37,017 nt of DNA from Acidobacteriota bacterium. GTDB taxonomy: Bacteria > Acidobacteriota > UBA4820 > DSQY01. The DNA lies in the NCBI GenBank assembly GCA_037384885.1, contig JARRNO010000013.1, forward strand, positions 1 through 37,017, given 5' to 3'. Position 1 is the stretch's first letter. Every line of letters begins with the position of its first letter. Below are positions 26,959 through 37,016 of the stretch, piece after piece. Below the pieces are notes generated by a model. The model was not told the origin of the DNA and did no database searches. It saw only the letters and a program-made list of their open reading frames with translations. The position numbers and the translations under genes were made by a program.

Positions 26959-27918
26959 ATGGAAAATCCCGATCTTTCCGTCGTCATTCCTGTATTCAAC
27001 GAGGAGGAGAACCTCCCCGAGCTGGTCTCGCGTCTCAAAGATGCGCTCGTAGCTCTGGACAGGACCTACGAGGTGATCTTCGTCAATGACGGCAGCCGTG
27101 ACAAGTCTTTTTCCATCCTGAAAGAAAGCGCCGAGGCAGACGACCGGCTGGTGGTGATTGATTTTAACCGGAACTACGGACAGCACGCCGCTGTTTTCGC
27201 GGGTTTTGAAGCGTCCCGCGGGGATATCGTTGTCACGCTGGACGCCGATCTCCAGAATCCGCCAGAAGAGATCGGCAAGCTCGTTACAAAAATGGAAGAA
27301 GGCTATGATGTCGTGGGCTCGGTCCGGGTCAAGAGAAGAGACTCTCTGTTCCGGAAATTGGCGTCCCGCCTCATCAACAAGGTCACTTCGACGGTGACCG
27401 GCGTCAAGTTGCACGATTATGGCTGTATGCTCCGCGCCTACCGGCGGGATATCGTGAAAACGCTGTGCAGCTCGCGCGAGATCTCGACCTTTATCCCCGT
27501 CCTGGCTGATCTCTTTGCGGGCAGGGTGACCGAAGTTCCGGTGGCTCACGCCGAACGGTCGCGCGGGCAGAGCAAATACAGCCTCTTCAAACTGGTACGT
27601 CTTCAGTTCGACCTGATTACGAGTTTTTCGCTTCTGCCTCTTCGGGCCACGATGTTCATCGGTTTCATTACGGCGATCCTCTCCATGGCCGTCGCCATTA
27701 TCCTGATTGCGGGGCGGCTGGTCCTGGGGCAGGAATGGGCCGTCGGCGGCGTTTTTACCCTCTTCGCCGCCCTTTTCTTCTTTCTGGGCGTGATGATCTT
27801 TTCTATCGGGCTGCTCGGTGAATACGTAGGCAGGATCTACATGGAGGTCCGGAGACGCCCCCGCTTCGTGATCCGCAGACAAGTCCGGGAAGGACGGATC
27901 GAGGAGCCTCAATCATGA
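26959..27918 (+). CDS. arnC: Undecaprenyl-phosphate Ara4FN transferase (GT2)
   Basis: SVVIPVFNEE, NDGSRD, RNYGQHAA, DADLQNPPEEI, DYGCMLRAY and two C-terminal TMs. Start ATG 26959 (or GTG 26950). Confidence 0.9.
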   Translation: MENPDLSVVIPVFNEEENLPELVSRLKDALVALDRTYEVIFVNDGSRDKSFSILKESAEADDRLVVIDFNRNYGQHAAVFAGFEASRGDIVVTLDADLQNPPEEIGKLVTKMEEGYDVVGSVRVKRRDSLFRKLASRLINKVTSTVTGVKLHDYGCMLRAYRRDIVKTLCSSREISTFIPVLADLFAGRVTEVPVAHAERSRGQSKYSLFKLVRLQFDLITSFSLLPLRATMFIGFITAILSMAVAIILIAGRLVLGQEWAVGGVFTLFAALFFFLGVMIFSIGLLGEYVGRIYMEVRRRPRFVIRRQVREGRIEEPQS

Positions 27919-28856
27919 GAGCCTTGGTTTTCGGCTATCACACCATGGGATGCGTCGGATTCGATGCGCTGTTGCGGCATGGGTTCACCATTCCCGCCGT
28001 TTACACCCACCGCGACAACCCGGACGAAGAAATCTGGTGGGACAGCCTGGCGGACAGGGCTTCCTCTCATGGTATTCCCGTGCATCATCCAACCACTCTG
28101 AAAGACGAGGCGGTTCAAAACGAGATCATTTCGTACGCCCCCGATTTCATCTTTTCATTCTATTACCGCTACATGATTCCCCAGGTTGTCCTTGATGCGG
28201 CTCCCAAGGGAGCCTTGAATCTCCACGGGTCCCTACTCCCCAGCTATCGCGGGAGGGCGCCCGTGAACTGGGTCCTCGTGAACGGTGAGGCCGAAACGGG
28301 CGTCAGCCTTCACTACATGGTCTCCAAGCCGGACGCGGGAAATCTGGTGGATCAGCAACGCGTTCCCATCGATTTTGAAGATACGGCTCTGACCTTGTAC
28401 AAGAAGCTGGAATCGGCGGCAAAAACATTGCTGGACAAGAACCTGCCCCTTCTCCGGGAGGGCAAGGCGCCCAGCCGGCCGCTGGATCTGACTGCGGGGT
28501 CCTATTTCGGACGCCGGCGTCCGGAAGACGGTGAGATTGACTGGACGTGGCCCGCGGTTCGAATTTACAACTTGGTCAGGGCGGTAACGCATCCGTATCC
28601 GGGCGCATTTTGCCGCTTCCGCGGCAGGAAGTTCTTCATTTGGTGGGGAAAACCGCTGGACGGGCAGGGCGGTGATTCCGCCGGAACCATTACAGAGATT
28701 ACGGATGAAGCGATCGTGGTGGAGGCGGGCGGTTCAAGGTTCAAGGTGCTGCGCTGCCAGCTCGTGGAAGGCCCCGAATGTTCTGGGGGGGACTTCGCCC
28801 GCGAGCACAACCTGAAACCGGGCTTTCGCCTGGCTGGGGAAGGAGATCATTTATGA
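27915..28856 (+). CDS. arnA: UDP-L-Ara4N formyltransferase (stand-alone ArnA N-domain)
   Basis: [47 protein letters not shown]. Confidence 0.9.
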   Translation: MRALVFGYHTMGCVGFDALLRHGFTIPAVYTHRDNPDEEIWWDSLADRASSHGIPVHHPTTLKDEAVQNEIISYAPDFIFSFYYRYMIPQVVLDAAPKGALNLHGSLLPSYRGRAPVNWVLVNGEAETGVSLHYMVSKPDAGNLVDQQRVPIDFEDTALTLYKKLESAAKTLLDKNLPLLREGKAPSRPLDLTAGSYFGRRRPEDGEIDWTWPAVRIYNLVRAVTHPYPGAFCRFRGRKFFIWWGKPLDGQGGDSAGTITEITDEAIVVEAGGSRFKVLRCQLVEGPECSGGDFAREHNLKPGFRLAGEGDHL

Positions 28857-29890
28857 AGGTACTGATACTCGGAGTCAACGGATTCATCGGCAACGCCCTG
28901 ACCCACCGCATTCTGACCACGACGGACTGGGACGTTTACGGGATGGACCTCTCCGACAACAAGCTCGAACATTCCATCGGCCACGAGCGCTTTCACTTCC
29001 TGGAAGGTGACATCACGATCAACAAGGAGTGGATTGAATACCACATCAAGAAATGTGACGTGGTTCTTCCGCTTGTGGCGATTGCAACACCCGCCACCTA
29101 CGTTAAAGAACCCCTTCGGGTTTTCGAACTCGATTTCGAAGAGAATCTGCGCGTGATCCGCGACTGCGTCAAGTACAAGAAACGAGTGGTCTTCCCATCC
29201 ACTTCAGAAGTCTATGGTATGTGCCAGGATGATGAATTCAAGGAAGACGAGAGCCAGCTGGTGACGGGACCGATCAACAAACCCCGGTGGATTTACTCCT
29301 GCAGCAAGCAGCTCATGGACCGCGTGATCGCGGCCTACGGCCAGCAGGAGGGCCTCCAATACACTCTTTTCCGTCCGTTTAACTGGATCGGCCCCAAGTT
29401 GGACGATATCGACGTCGCGAAGGAAGGGTCCTCCCGCGTGCTCACCCAGTTTATCGTCAATCTCTTTCAGGGCGAGCCCATCCTGCTCGTGGATGGAGGC
29501 CGGCAGAAGCGATGCTTTACTTACGTTGACGACGGAATCGACGGGCTCATGCGGATCATCTTGAACGAAGGCAACGTCTGTGACAACCAGATTTTCAACA
29601 TCGGTAATCCCGACAACGAGTGCTCCATTCACGAGCTTGCCCAGAAAGTTGCACAGCTTTATGAATCGAGGAGGGACCGCATCCCCGGATATACCGCGCC
29701 GGCCATTGAGGGCGTGGATTCGGAAAACTATTACGGCAAGGGCTACCAGGATATCTTTACGAGAAAGCCGAGCATCCAAAACGCCAAACGGATCCTCGGC
29801 TGGACCCCCGCGACAACTCTTGACGAGGCGCTGGAGAAGACCTTCGACGCGTTTCTCGAGGATTGGCTGGCCCTGCAGGATAAGTCCTGA
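28853..29890 (+). CDS. arnA: UDP-glucuronate oxidase/decarboxylase (stand-alone ArnA C-domain)
   Basis: [55 protein letters not shown] overlap at 28853. Confidence 0.93.
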   Translation: MKVLILGVNGFIGNALTHRILTTTDWDVYGMDLSDNKLEHSIGHERFHFLEGDITINKEWIEYHIKKCDVVLPLVAIATPATYVKEPLRVFELDFEENLRVIRDCVKYKKRVVFPSTSEVYGMCQDDEFKEDESQLVTGPINKPRWIYSCSKQLMDRVIAAYGQQEGLQYTLFRPFNWIGPKLDDIDVAKEGSSRVLTQFIVNLFQGEPILLVDGGRQKRCFTYVDDGIDGLMRIILNEGNVCDNQIFNIGNPDNECSIHELAQKVAQLYESRRDRIPGYTAPAIEGVDSENYYGKGYQDIFTRKPSIQNAKRILGWTPATTLDEALEKTFDAFLEDWLALQDKS

Positions 29891-29920
29891 ATCATCGCAT
29901 CTGCAAAGGGAGGGTGTCTG

Positions 29921-31006
29921 GTGGCCTGGATCCATAAAATATTCGGCATGCAGCCTCTTGAGCCGGAAAAGCGCCGGAAGGGTCTCTACCAGCCCGTTCC
30001 GGGGTCCGATCTGCAGGCCATTCTTGAAAGGCGCCACGCGCAGCCCAGGGAAACGCCTCCGGCGCCAAAAGTCGAATCCGCCATTCCCGTCCCCGAAGGG
30101 GCCCCCGTTCTCGGCCTGAGAATCGATGTGGACACGCACGACGGTATGAGGGACGGCGTGCCGGCGCTCTTGAGTGTCCTCAACGAATATGGGATCAAGG
30201 GAACCTTTTATCTGGCTCTTGGCCCGGACAAGTCGGGCCGCGCCGTCTTCAATATGCTAAAACCGGGCTTTTTGGTGAAGATGTTCCGGACACGCGCCGC
30301 CAGCATGTACGGCTGGAGGACAATCCTGTCCGGCACGATTCTCCCCCCGCGGCCCGTCGCCACAGGATTTCCCGAGATCGCAAGGAGAATTCGGGAAGAG
30401 GGCCATGAAACAGGCGTGCATTCCTGGGACCACCGGAGCTGGCAGGATAAGCTTCTCAAATGGCGGGACACCAAGGTCGCGCGTGAAATGGAGAACGCTT
30501 TCCAGGCCTATAAGCAGATTTTCGGCGAGCCACCCCACACCTTTGCCTCTCCCGCCTGGCTTTGCCGCAATGAAAGCCTGCTTTACCAGGAAAAACTGGG
30601 GCTTCTTTATGCCAGTGACTGCCGTGGGCAGGATCCCTTTTTCCCCGTGATCGATATCCGGGTCCTGAACACGGCGCAGGTCCCCGCCACCCTCCCTACC
30701 TTGGACGAAGCCCTTGGTGAAACGCACCAAGATGCCGGCGGGTTTTACGAGTCCATACTGGATCAGGTGAAGCCCGGAGAATGGCCTGTACTCACCATTC
30801 ACGCCGAAATCGAAGGCGGACCGTACCGATCAGAGTTTGGAGCCTTCTTAAGAAAAGCCGCCCAACGCCATATCGTGTTGATGCCGCTGCGCGATCTGCT
30901 CGCGCACCGCCTCGCCTCAAAACCTCCCCTGCCCCACTGCACCATGTCTTACGCTGCCGTCGAAGGCCGGCACGGCGTCGTCTCCATGCAAACCATGGAA
31001 GTGTAA
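29921..31006 (+). CDS. arnD: ArnD-like deformylase (polysaccharide deacetylase family) with an N-terminal extension
   Basis: GLRIDVDT, GPDKSGR, HSWDH, YASDCRG, TLPTLDE, TIHAEIEG. Confidence 0.85.
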   Translation: MAWIHKIFGMQPLEPEKRRKGLYQPVPGSDLQAILERRHAQPRETPPAPKVESAIPVPEGAPVLGLRIDVDTHDGMRDGVPALLSVLNEYGIKGTFYLALGPDKSGRAVFNMLKPGFLVKMFRTRAASMYGWRTILSGTILPPRPVATGFPEIARRIREEGHETGVHSWDHRSWQDKLLKWRDTKVAREMENAFQAYKQIFGEPPHTFASPAWLCRNESLLYQEKLGLLYASDCRGQDPFFPVIDIRVLNTAQVPATLPTLDEALGETHQDAGGFYESILDQVKPGEWPVLTIHAEIEGGPYRSEFGAFLRKAAQRHIVLMPLRDLLAHRLASKPPLPHCTMSYAAVEGRHGVVSMQTMEV

Positions 31007-31031
31007 TCGCTCCTTTAGTCCCTCAGTATCA

Positions 31032-31060
31032 TTGACGCGGCCGAACCTTGCGACTAGAAT
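31032..31060 (+). promoter_or_regulatory. Near-consensus sigma70 promoter
   Basis: TTGACG-17 nt-TAGAAT upstream of the DUF3857-like gene. Confidence 0.7.
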
Positions 31061-31170
31061 GAAGAAATCCTGAACACTGAGCCGACCACAGGTGCCGATG
31101 CGGGGCGGTCAATGCCCCGAGTCCGGGATTCACAGCAGCTCGTCGGCATCACCTTCCTGGGGGATCCAGA

Positions 31171-31990
31171 ATGAAGATGAAACACGTTTTGCCCCTATTG
31201 ATCGCCGTTTTAATGTATGCCGGGTTGTCGAGTCCATTGCCTGCACGAGGACGCAAATCAAATCCATTTGCTTGGCCGCAGCTGCCTCCAAAGAGTGAAA
31301 TTCAAAAAAGGATGTCGCTGCATACGCTTAACGGATTGCTCATTCTCGACAGACAATGTCAGCTTCACATTCGCAGCTTTTACGTTCCCGATCAGGGAAT
31401 TGTGCGGGAAGAATTCATACGAATTCTGGTCTTAAATAAAGAGGGGGCCTCAAACGCCGGCATTAAGGTTTCCGATAATGCGGATGCCGATGTTCTCAGC
31501 ATTGAGGGCCGTACCATCCTTCCGGATGGAAAAATTATCAAGATAAATCCGAAAAATGATATCCAGAGCGTCAAAGTGGGCGGAATGAAGAAAAAAGAGA
31601 ATGTCACCGCCCTGGCGACTGTTAACTTTCCATCTCCGAAGCCGGGTTCGATTCTTGATCTTCATTTTGTCACGAAAACCAAGGGACCTCCATACTTCCT
31701 CTTAGAGCCCGTGATTTTCAACGACCTTGCGCTTTGATCTGGAGGTGAACCTGACGCTGCCGCCGGACCTGGATTGGCGCCCCCCGCACACAAAGGCGGT
31801 GGACATGCCTTGGACCAGTTTCTCTGCGAGCTGGACCTTGGACTCGAAGGGCGTGTGGCACGGCAAAATTCACCTGCTTCTGAAACGAGGGCAATGGGCC
31901 CCCACCAAGCGTCTAGATTGTCTCCGGCAACTGGATGGCATATTTACGGGCCTGTACAGTCCATTGATCCTTCAAAAGAAGAACACGTGA
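31171..31990 (+). pseudogene. DUF3857-type exported protein apparently missing its middle; N-fragment 31171-31737, out-of-frame C-fragment ~31727-31990
   Basis: Signal peptide plus IRILVLNKEG...IEGRTILPDG...FPSPKPGSILD (DUF3857-like) stops abruptly. The second frame opens only after 31714 and resembles the C-terminal beta domain of such proteins. Confidence 0.55.
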
Positions 31991-32004
31991 GGGCCAGTTG
32001 AAAC

Positions 32005-32061
32005 GGGAGCCCTTGCCGTTGGGGGGCTTTACCCCCCAACGGATTGCCAGGGTTCCCTTTT
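32005..32061 (+). terminator. Long interrupted hairpin / intrinsic terminator
   Basis: GGGAGCCCT..CCGTTGGGGGG-cttta-CCCCCCAACGG..AGGGTTCCC-TTTT. Confidence 0.7.
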
Positions 32062-32194
32062 CCTTGACGACCCTTTGCGTGCCGCGAGAAGATAGACTTT
32101 CCGGCGCGTGCGGTACAGGTACATTCCGGTCCGCGCCCAAGCGGATTCGCCCTTGAAAATAAGAGATGGAACGCATTCTTGAGGAGAACAGGGC

Positions 32195-33733
32195 ATGGCC
32201 GTCACCATCGATGGAAAGTCTTTGACGATCGAAACCGTTACCCGGGTGGCGCGCTTCAACGAAAAGGTGGAGCTTGCGCCTGAGGCGCTGGAACGGATCA
32301 AAACGTGCCGCCACATGATCGAGGAGAAAATAAAAGCCCGTGAAATCATGTATGGCGTCAACACGGGCATCGGCGAATTCTCAGAGATTGTGTTGGACGA
32401 CGAACAGGTGAAACAGTTCCAGCGCTACCTGATTTACAACCATGCCGCCGGAATCGGAGAGCCCGCTCCCGTCGAGCATGTTCGAGCCGCCATGCTCAGC
32501 CGCATCAATGTGCACGCCAAAGGACACTCGGGCTGCCGGCCTGAAATCACTCAGACTTACGTAAAACTGCTGAATGCGGGAATCACCCCCGCGGTTTGTG
32601 AGAAGGGAAGCGTCGGAGCCTGCGGGGATCTCGCCCCCATGAGCCAGACGGCTCTCAGCCTTATGGGTGAGGGCGAATGCTTTTTTGAGGGGCGGAAAAT
32701 GGCCACGGCCGAGGCCATGGAAAGGGCGGGCATTCCCATACCCGGTCTCAAGGCCCGGGACGGTCTGGCTGCCATCAACGGCTCCAATCTGATTACGGGA
32801 ATGGCCTGTCTCCAGCTCTATGATGCGGAAAAATGGGTCAAGCACGCCGAGATCGCCGCCTCCATGAGTCTAGAAGCCCTCATGGCGAACATGAAGCCGT
32901 ACGACCTGAGGCTGCACCGCCTGCGTGGATTTCACGGAGCTGTCACTGCGGCCTCGAACATGCGAAGGGTCATGGAGGGATCCGATCTGGCAACGGGCAA
33001 GATCAAGACAAAAGTTCAGGATGCCTACTCCATGCGCTCGACTCCCCAGGTGATCGGTGCGCTTCGCGACCAACTCGCCCATGCGAGGCGGCAAATTGAA
33101 ATCGAGTTAAATGGCGTGGCGGACAATCCCATCTTTCTTCCGGAAGAAAACGAAGTCCTGACGGGGGCAAATTTCCAGGGAACCCCCGTAAGCATGCCTC
33201 TCGACATGGTCGGCGCCGGTATTACCATGGTGAGTGTGCTTTCCGAGCGGCGCTTGAACCGCCTGCTCAATCCAGCCCTCAACATGGGACTGCCTGCCTT
33301 CCTGACGAAGGGAGCGGGCATGTTTTCGGGAATGATGCTCAGCCAATATACCGCAGACACGCTCATCGTCGAACAGAGAATTCTGAGCGCCCCTTCGTGT
33401 ATCCAATCCATTCCGGCGGCGGCCGACCAAGAAGATTTCGTCAGCATGGGGATGAACGGCGCTCTAAAGACCCGACAGATTCTCGAAAACGGCTTGGCCG
33501 TTTTGGGGATTGAACTCATGGCCGCTTCCCAGGCGCTGGACTTCCGGGAGTATCAGTTCGGAAACGGAACGCAATCCGCGCGCGAAGCTGTTCGCTCCGA
33601 GGTTTCCCACCTGGAGGAGGATCGCCCCCTGTTCAAGGATCACAACACCATGCGCGAGCTGGTACGTAAAGGGATGGTTTTGGACGCGGTAGAAAGCGCC
33701 GTGGGCACCCTCGATGCCTCATGGGATCGCTGA
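32195..33733 (+). CDS. MIO-dependent aromatic amino acid ammonia-lyase (HutH/PAL family), Ala-Cys-Gly variant
   Basis: YGVNTG, GSVGACGDLAP, GLAAING, VQDAYSMR, DNP, QEDFVSMG. Not called hutH because the substrate is uncertain. Confidence 0.9.
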   Translation: MAVTIDGKSLTIETVTRVARFNEKVELAPEALERIKTCRHMIEEKIKAREIMYGVNTGIGEFSEIVLDDEQVKQFQRYLIYNHAAGIGEPAPVEHVRAAMLSRINVHAKGHSGCRPEITQTYVKLLNAGITPAVCEKGSVGACGDLAPMSQTALSLMGEGECFFEGRKMATAEAMERAGIPIPGLKARDGLAAINGSNLITGMACLQLYDAEKWVKHAEIAASMSLEALMANMKPYDLRLHRLRGFHGAVTAASNMRRVMEGSDLATGKIKTKVQDAYSMRSTPQVIGALRDQLAHARRQIEIELNGVADNPIFLPEENEVLTGANFQGTPVSMPLDMVGAGITMVSVLSERRLNRLLNPALNMGLPAFLTKGAGMFSGMMLSQYTADTLIVEQRILSAPSCIQSIPAAADQEDFVSMGMNGALKTRQILENGLAVLGIELMAASQALDFREYQFGNGTQSAREAVRSEVSHLEEDRPLFKDHNTMRELVRKGMVLDAVESAVGTLDASWDR

Positions 33734-33764
33734 CCGCTGCTTTCAAGCACCCCCTGATGTCTTG

Positions 33765-33801
33765 AAAAAAGGTCCGGCTCCATTCAGAAGCCGGGCCTTA
33801 T
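33765..33801 (-). terminator. Intrinsic terminator for rph, probably bidirectional
   Basis: Minus strand AAGGCCCGGCT-loop-AGCCGGACC-TTTTTT between converging genes. Confidence 0.75.
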
Positions 33802-33838
33802 GCCTTTTCGCGGCCAACCGGTTGGTGGAGTATCCAGG

Positions 33839-34561
33839 CTAGAACAGCCCCGGAAGGACTTCCCGCTGAAGCTCAAAGAGCTGGTCGATTCCATGCTTCG
33901 CCAGGGCGATCAACGCATCCAGGTCTTCCTTTGAAAAGGGCTCCTGTTCCGCTGTCCCCTGGATCTCAATCAGTTTGCCGTCGTTGGTCATGACGAGATT
34001 CATGTCGACTTCAGCAACCGAATCTTCCTCATAGTTCAAATCGAGAAGCTTCTCCTGGTTAAGAATTCCAACGCTGACAGCGGCTACCATGCTCTTGACC
34101 GGAAATGAGTTGATGAGCCCCGCATCTTTTAAATGTTGAAGAGCCAGGCAGAGGGCGACAAACGCACCCGTAACGGACGCCGTACGGGTACCGCCGTCGG
34201 CTTGGATTACATCACAATCCAGCCAGATAGTCTTGTCGGCGATGGCCCCGAGATCCACCGCGCACCTCATGGAACGGCCGATCAAGCGCTGAATCTCCTG
34301 TGTTCGGCCTTTTTGCCGCCCCCGGCTCGCTTCACGAATCGTTCTTTTCTGGGTCGAGGCGGGAAGCATTCCGTATTCGGCGGTGATCCACCCCTGCCCC
34401 GCCCCACGCAGGAAGGGCGGAACCTTTTCATCCACGGTAGCGCTGCAGACAACGCGAGTATTCCCAAACTCAACAAGGCAAGAGCCCTCGGGATATTTCA
34501 AGTATCCGGGCTGGATGGCGACGGGCCGAAGATTGTCGGCCTCCCGGCTGTCACTTCTCAT
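33839..34561 (-). CDS. rph: Ribonuclease PH
   Basis: [45 protein letters not shown]. Confidence 0.97.
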   Translation of the reverse strand: MRSDSREADNLRPVAIQPGYLKYPEGSCLVEFGNTRVVCSATVDEKVPPFLRGAGQGWITAEYGMLPASTQKRTIREASRGRQKGRTQEIQRLIGRSMRCAVDLGAIADKTIWLDCDVIQADGGTRTASVTGAFVALCLALQHLKDAGLINSFPVKSMVAAVSVGILNQEKLLDLNYEEDSVAEVDMNLVMTNDGKLIEIQGTAEQEPFSKEDLDALIALAKHGIDQLFELQREVLPGLF

Positions 34562-35381
34562 GAATCACCAACCTTTCTTCTTCAACATGCTCGATATGGT
34601 TCAGAGTGATGCCAAGGATTGTCTCTCCCACTTCACGAAAGTGAGTGCCTGAGTCGGTCACAAAGCAGGAAAGCGCCCCGGGAGAGAACGTTGATTGGGT
34701 GCCGGGCGCAGGTAAGCCGGGCAGAGAGGAACCGAGCTCCAGGGCGGCCGCCTCCGCGGAGGAGATGAGCCGAACCTGCCCATGGGTTATCTTTTCAAGC
34801 ACGGGGGTGAGGACCGGATAGTGGGTGCAGCCCAGAATCAGCGTGTCGATCCCTTTCTCCAAGAGCGGCTGGAGGTAGTGGTCCGCGATCTGTTCAGCCA
34901 CGGAAGTGCCTGCCCAACCTTCCTCCACGACCGGCACAAAAAGCGGGCAAGCGGCGCCGAAGACTTGCGCGTCCGGGGATATGGCATGAATTGCTGCTGT
35001 ATAGGCACCGCTGAATACGGTGGCGCGCGTCCCGATGAGTCCGATGCGGCCGTTGCGAGTTGCTTGGACGGCGCGCTTGGCCCCCGGTTCGATCATGCCC
35101 AGTACGGGCACGGGGAGAGAGCGTGCTATGGCTGTTCGTGCGACGGCGCTGCTTGTATTGCAGGCAATGACAAGTGCGGAAATGTCCCGCTCCATCAGAA
35201 AATGCGTGATTTCCGTCGAGTAGCGGAGCACGGTTTCAGGTGATTTGTTGCCGTATGGGACTCGCGCCGTGTCCCCGAAATAAAGGATATCCAATTCCGG
35301 GTACGACTTGCGTAGAGACGCCACCACGGTCAGCCCGCCGACCCCCGAGTCGAACACCCCAATGGGCGCCGTGCTTTTCAT
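34551..35381 (-). CDS. murI: Glutamate racemase
   Basis: [32 protein letters not shown]. Start moved to ATG 35381. Confidence 0.97.
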   Translation of the reverse strand: MKSTAPIGVFDSGVGGLTVVASLRKSYPELDILYFGDTARVPYGNKSPETVLRYSTEITHFLMERDISALVIACNTSSAVARTAIARSLPVPVLGMIEPGAKRAVQATRNGRIGLIGTRATVFSGAYTAAIHAISPDAQVFGAACPLFVPVVEEGWAGTSVAEQIADHYLQPLLEKGIDTLILGCTHYPVLTPVLEKITHGQVRLISSAEAAALELGSSLPGLPAPGTQSTFSPGALSCFVTDSGTHFREVGETILGITLNHIEHVEEERLVIHEK

Positions 35382-35980
35382 GATCCCAAGCCCGCGAATT
35401 TCGTCCGCAGTCCCGGTTCGACCATGAGCGGGTCGGCCGGAAGCGGCTTGGAAACGTCCACATGTCCGAGAAGCGTTTGCACTTGCCGGCCGTCCACCAG
35501 GATCTGGACCCCCGAGACGTGTGGGAAATTCCAATGAAGCGTGTCAATGACGCCGTACACACGGGCCATCTCTACCGTCGATCCTCCCCCGCTGCTGACC
35601 GGGCCAGTCAGGTCGACCACCACAGTATGCGGATCCAGCTCATACAGGGAACGAAGTTCGCAACCCTGCGGAAAGGGCAGCCATTGTGAGGATAGCGCCG
35701 GTCCGGCCAGATAACGGTTGAGCACGGCGACCATGTCCTGAACGGGATCCCCTTTCAACGGCAACTCGTCGGAGCAGAGCGTTAAGAGACCGCTCTCGCC
35801 GTCGGGATAAAGGAGGCCCACGGGACTTCCTGTTGAGGAAGGAGCGGCCGCATTCTGCTCAGTCCGGGCCGTTTGAGGGGCCTGCGGGGACTGTTCAGAA
35901 GTCCCACGGCAACCGCCGGCGGCAAGGATCAGTACGCCGCTGATCAGGCTAAGGAGTAGGTAGCGCCGGATTCTTGCCAT
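35378..35980 (-). CDS. GerMN domain lipoprotein
   Basis: Lipobox-like AAGGC; GGSTVE...IDTL...VQILVDG...LLGHVD; amidase-GerMN-murI-rph synteny. Confidence 0.85.
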   Translation of the reverse strand: MARIRRYLLLSLISGVLILAAGGCRGTSEQSPQAPQTARTEQNAAAPSSTGSPVGLLYPDGESGLLTLCSDELPLKGDPVQDMVAVLNRYLAGPALSSQWLPFPQGCELRSLYELDPHTVVVDLTGPVSSGGGSTVEMARVYGVIDTLHWNFPHVSGVQILVDGRQVQTLLGHVDVSKPLPADPLMVEPGLRTKFAGLGS

Positions 35981-37016
35981 CGTGTTTGGCCCTAAAATCC
36001 ATGATCGCCTTTCCCAGAGTGGCGGCAACCTGGTCTTGAAAGTCTGAATCGGACAATTGCGCGGCTTCGTGAGGGTTGGTCAAAAAGGCCACCTCCACGA
36101 GGACCGCCGGCATTTCCGCTCCTTCCAGCACGACAAATGGCGCCTGGCTTACCCCCCTTTCCTTGGTGCCGAGGAGGTCGTTCAGGCGCTTCTGTATGGC
36201 TTCCGCCAGATCGGAACTTTCTGCCATGTAACGGTTTTGGGCAAGGCTCCAGAGAACCATGGACAGCGCGTTGCCGTCCGGTGAGCGCCCTCCTGATGAG
36301 GCATTCTCTTTTTCCGCAAGCTGCTTGCTCCACAGGTTAGTGGCCTGGCGGCTCATGAAATAAGTTTCTGCTCCTTTGGCCAGGGGCGAAGGAGAGGCAT
36401 TGATGTGTATGGAGAGAAAGACGTCGGCGTGATCGAAATTAGCGATAGCCGTTCGCTGAGTCAGCGGTATGAATGTATCGGTGTTCCTGGTAAGAATCGT
36501 CTCGATACCTTGTTTTTGAAGCCACGCGCCTAGGTCCTTTGCGATGACGAGGGTGAAGGTTTTCTCTTCCTCGCCGTTCTTGTTGACAGCACCGGAATCC
36601 GATCCGCCGTGGCCGGGATCGATCACAACAACGTAACGCCCTCGCGCTTGCGGGGATCCAGCTCGCACAGGGACGCCGCCGGGAATTTGCGGAGTCTGCA
36701 GTTGAGTAGAAGGTCCGGGCTGGGAGGGTTGAGGTGGGGTCGCAGGAACCTGTTGACTCTCCCCCTGAAGGAGGAGCACGAAACGTTCAGGATTCCGAAG
36801 CTTAAAGGACGAAAAGGACTTGAATCCCTTTCCCAGAAGGATTGCAACGCCGCTCCCCGCCGGCAGGGGCTTCACGGCGGTAGCAATTCCGCTGCCGAGT
36901 CCCCTCTCCTGGGCATTGACCGTTCCCTTCGACATCCGCACTTCGAGACGCTGCCCTTTCCTGGTCAGCTTCGTATCAGAGGCCCCTTCACCCGTGAAGG
37001 TAAAACGAATCCGGTC
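35949..37016 (-). CDS. N-acetylmuramoyl-L-alanine amidase (Amidase_3, AmiC-like), 5' end outside the window
   Basis: VVIDPGHGG, EEK, FLSIHIN, PAVLVEVAFLTN. The frame stays open to the window edge. Confidence 0.93.
   Translation of the reverse strand, partial: DRIRFTFTGEGASDTKLTRKGQRLEVRMSKGTVNAQERGLGSGIATAVKPLPAGSGVAILLGKGFKSFSSFKLRNPERFVLLLQGESQQVPATPPQPSQPGPSTQLQTPQIPGGVPVRAGSPQARGRYVVVIDPGHGGSDSGAVNKNGEEEKTFTLVIAKDLGAWLQKQGIETILTRNTDTFIPLTQRTAIANFDHADVFLSIHINASPSPLAKGAETYFMSRQATNLWSKQLAEKENASSGGRSPDGNALSMVLWSLAQNRYMAESSDLAEAIQKRLNDLLGTKERGVSQAPFVVLEGAEMPAVLVEVAFLTNPHEAAQLSDSDFQDQVAATLGKAIMDFRAKHDGKNPALPTP

Noticed and set aside
28778-28856. Split arnA as a frameshifted pseudogene
   Set aside because: The second gene has its own SD (AGGAG) and an ATGA overlap, and both halves are complete domains.
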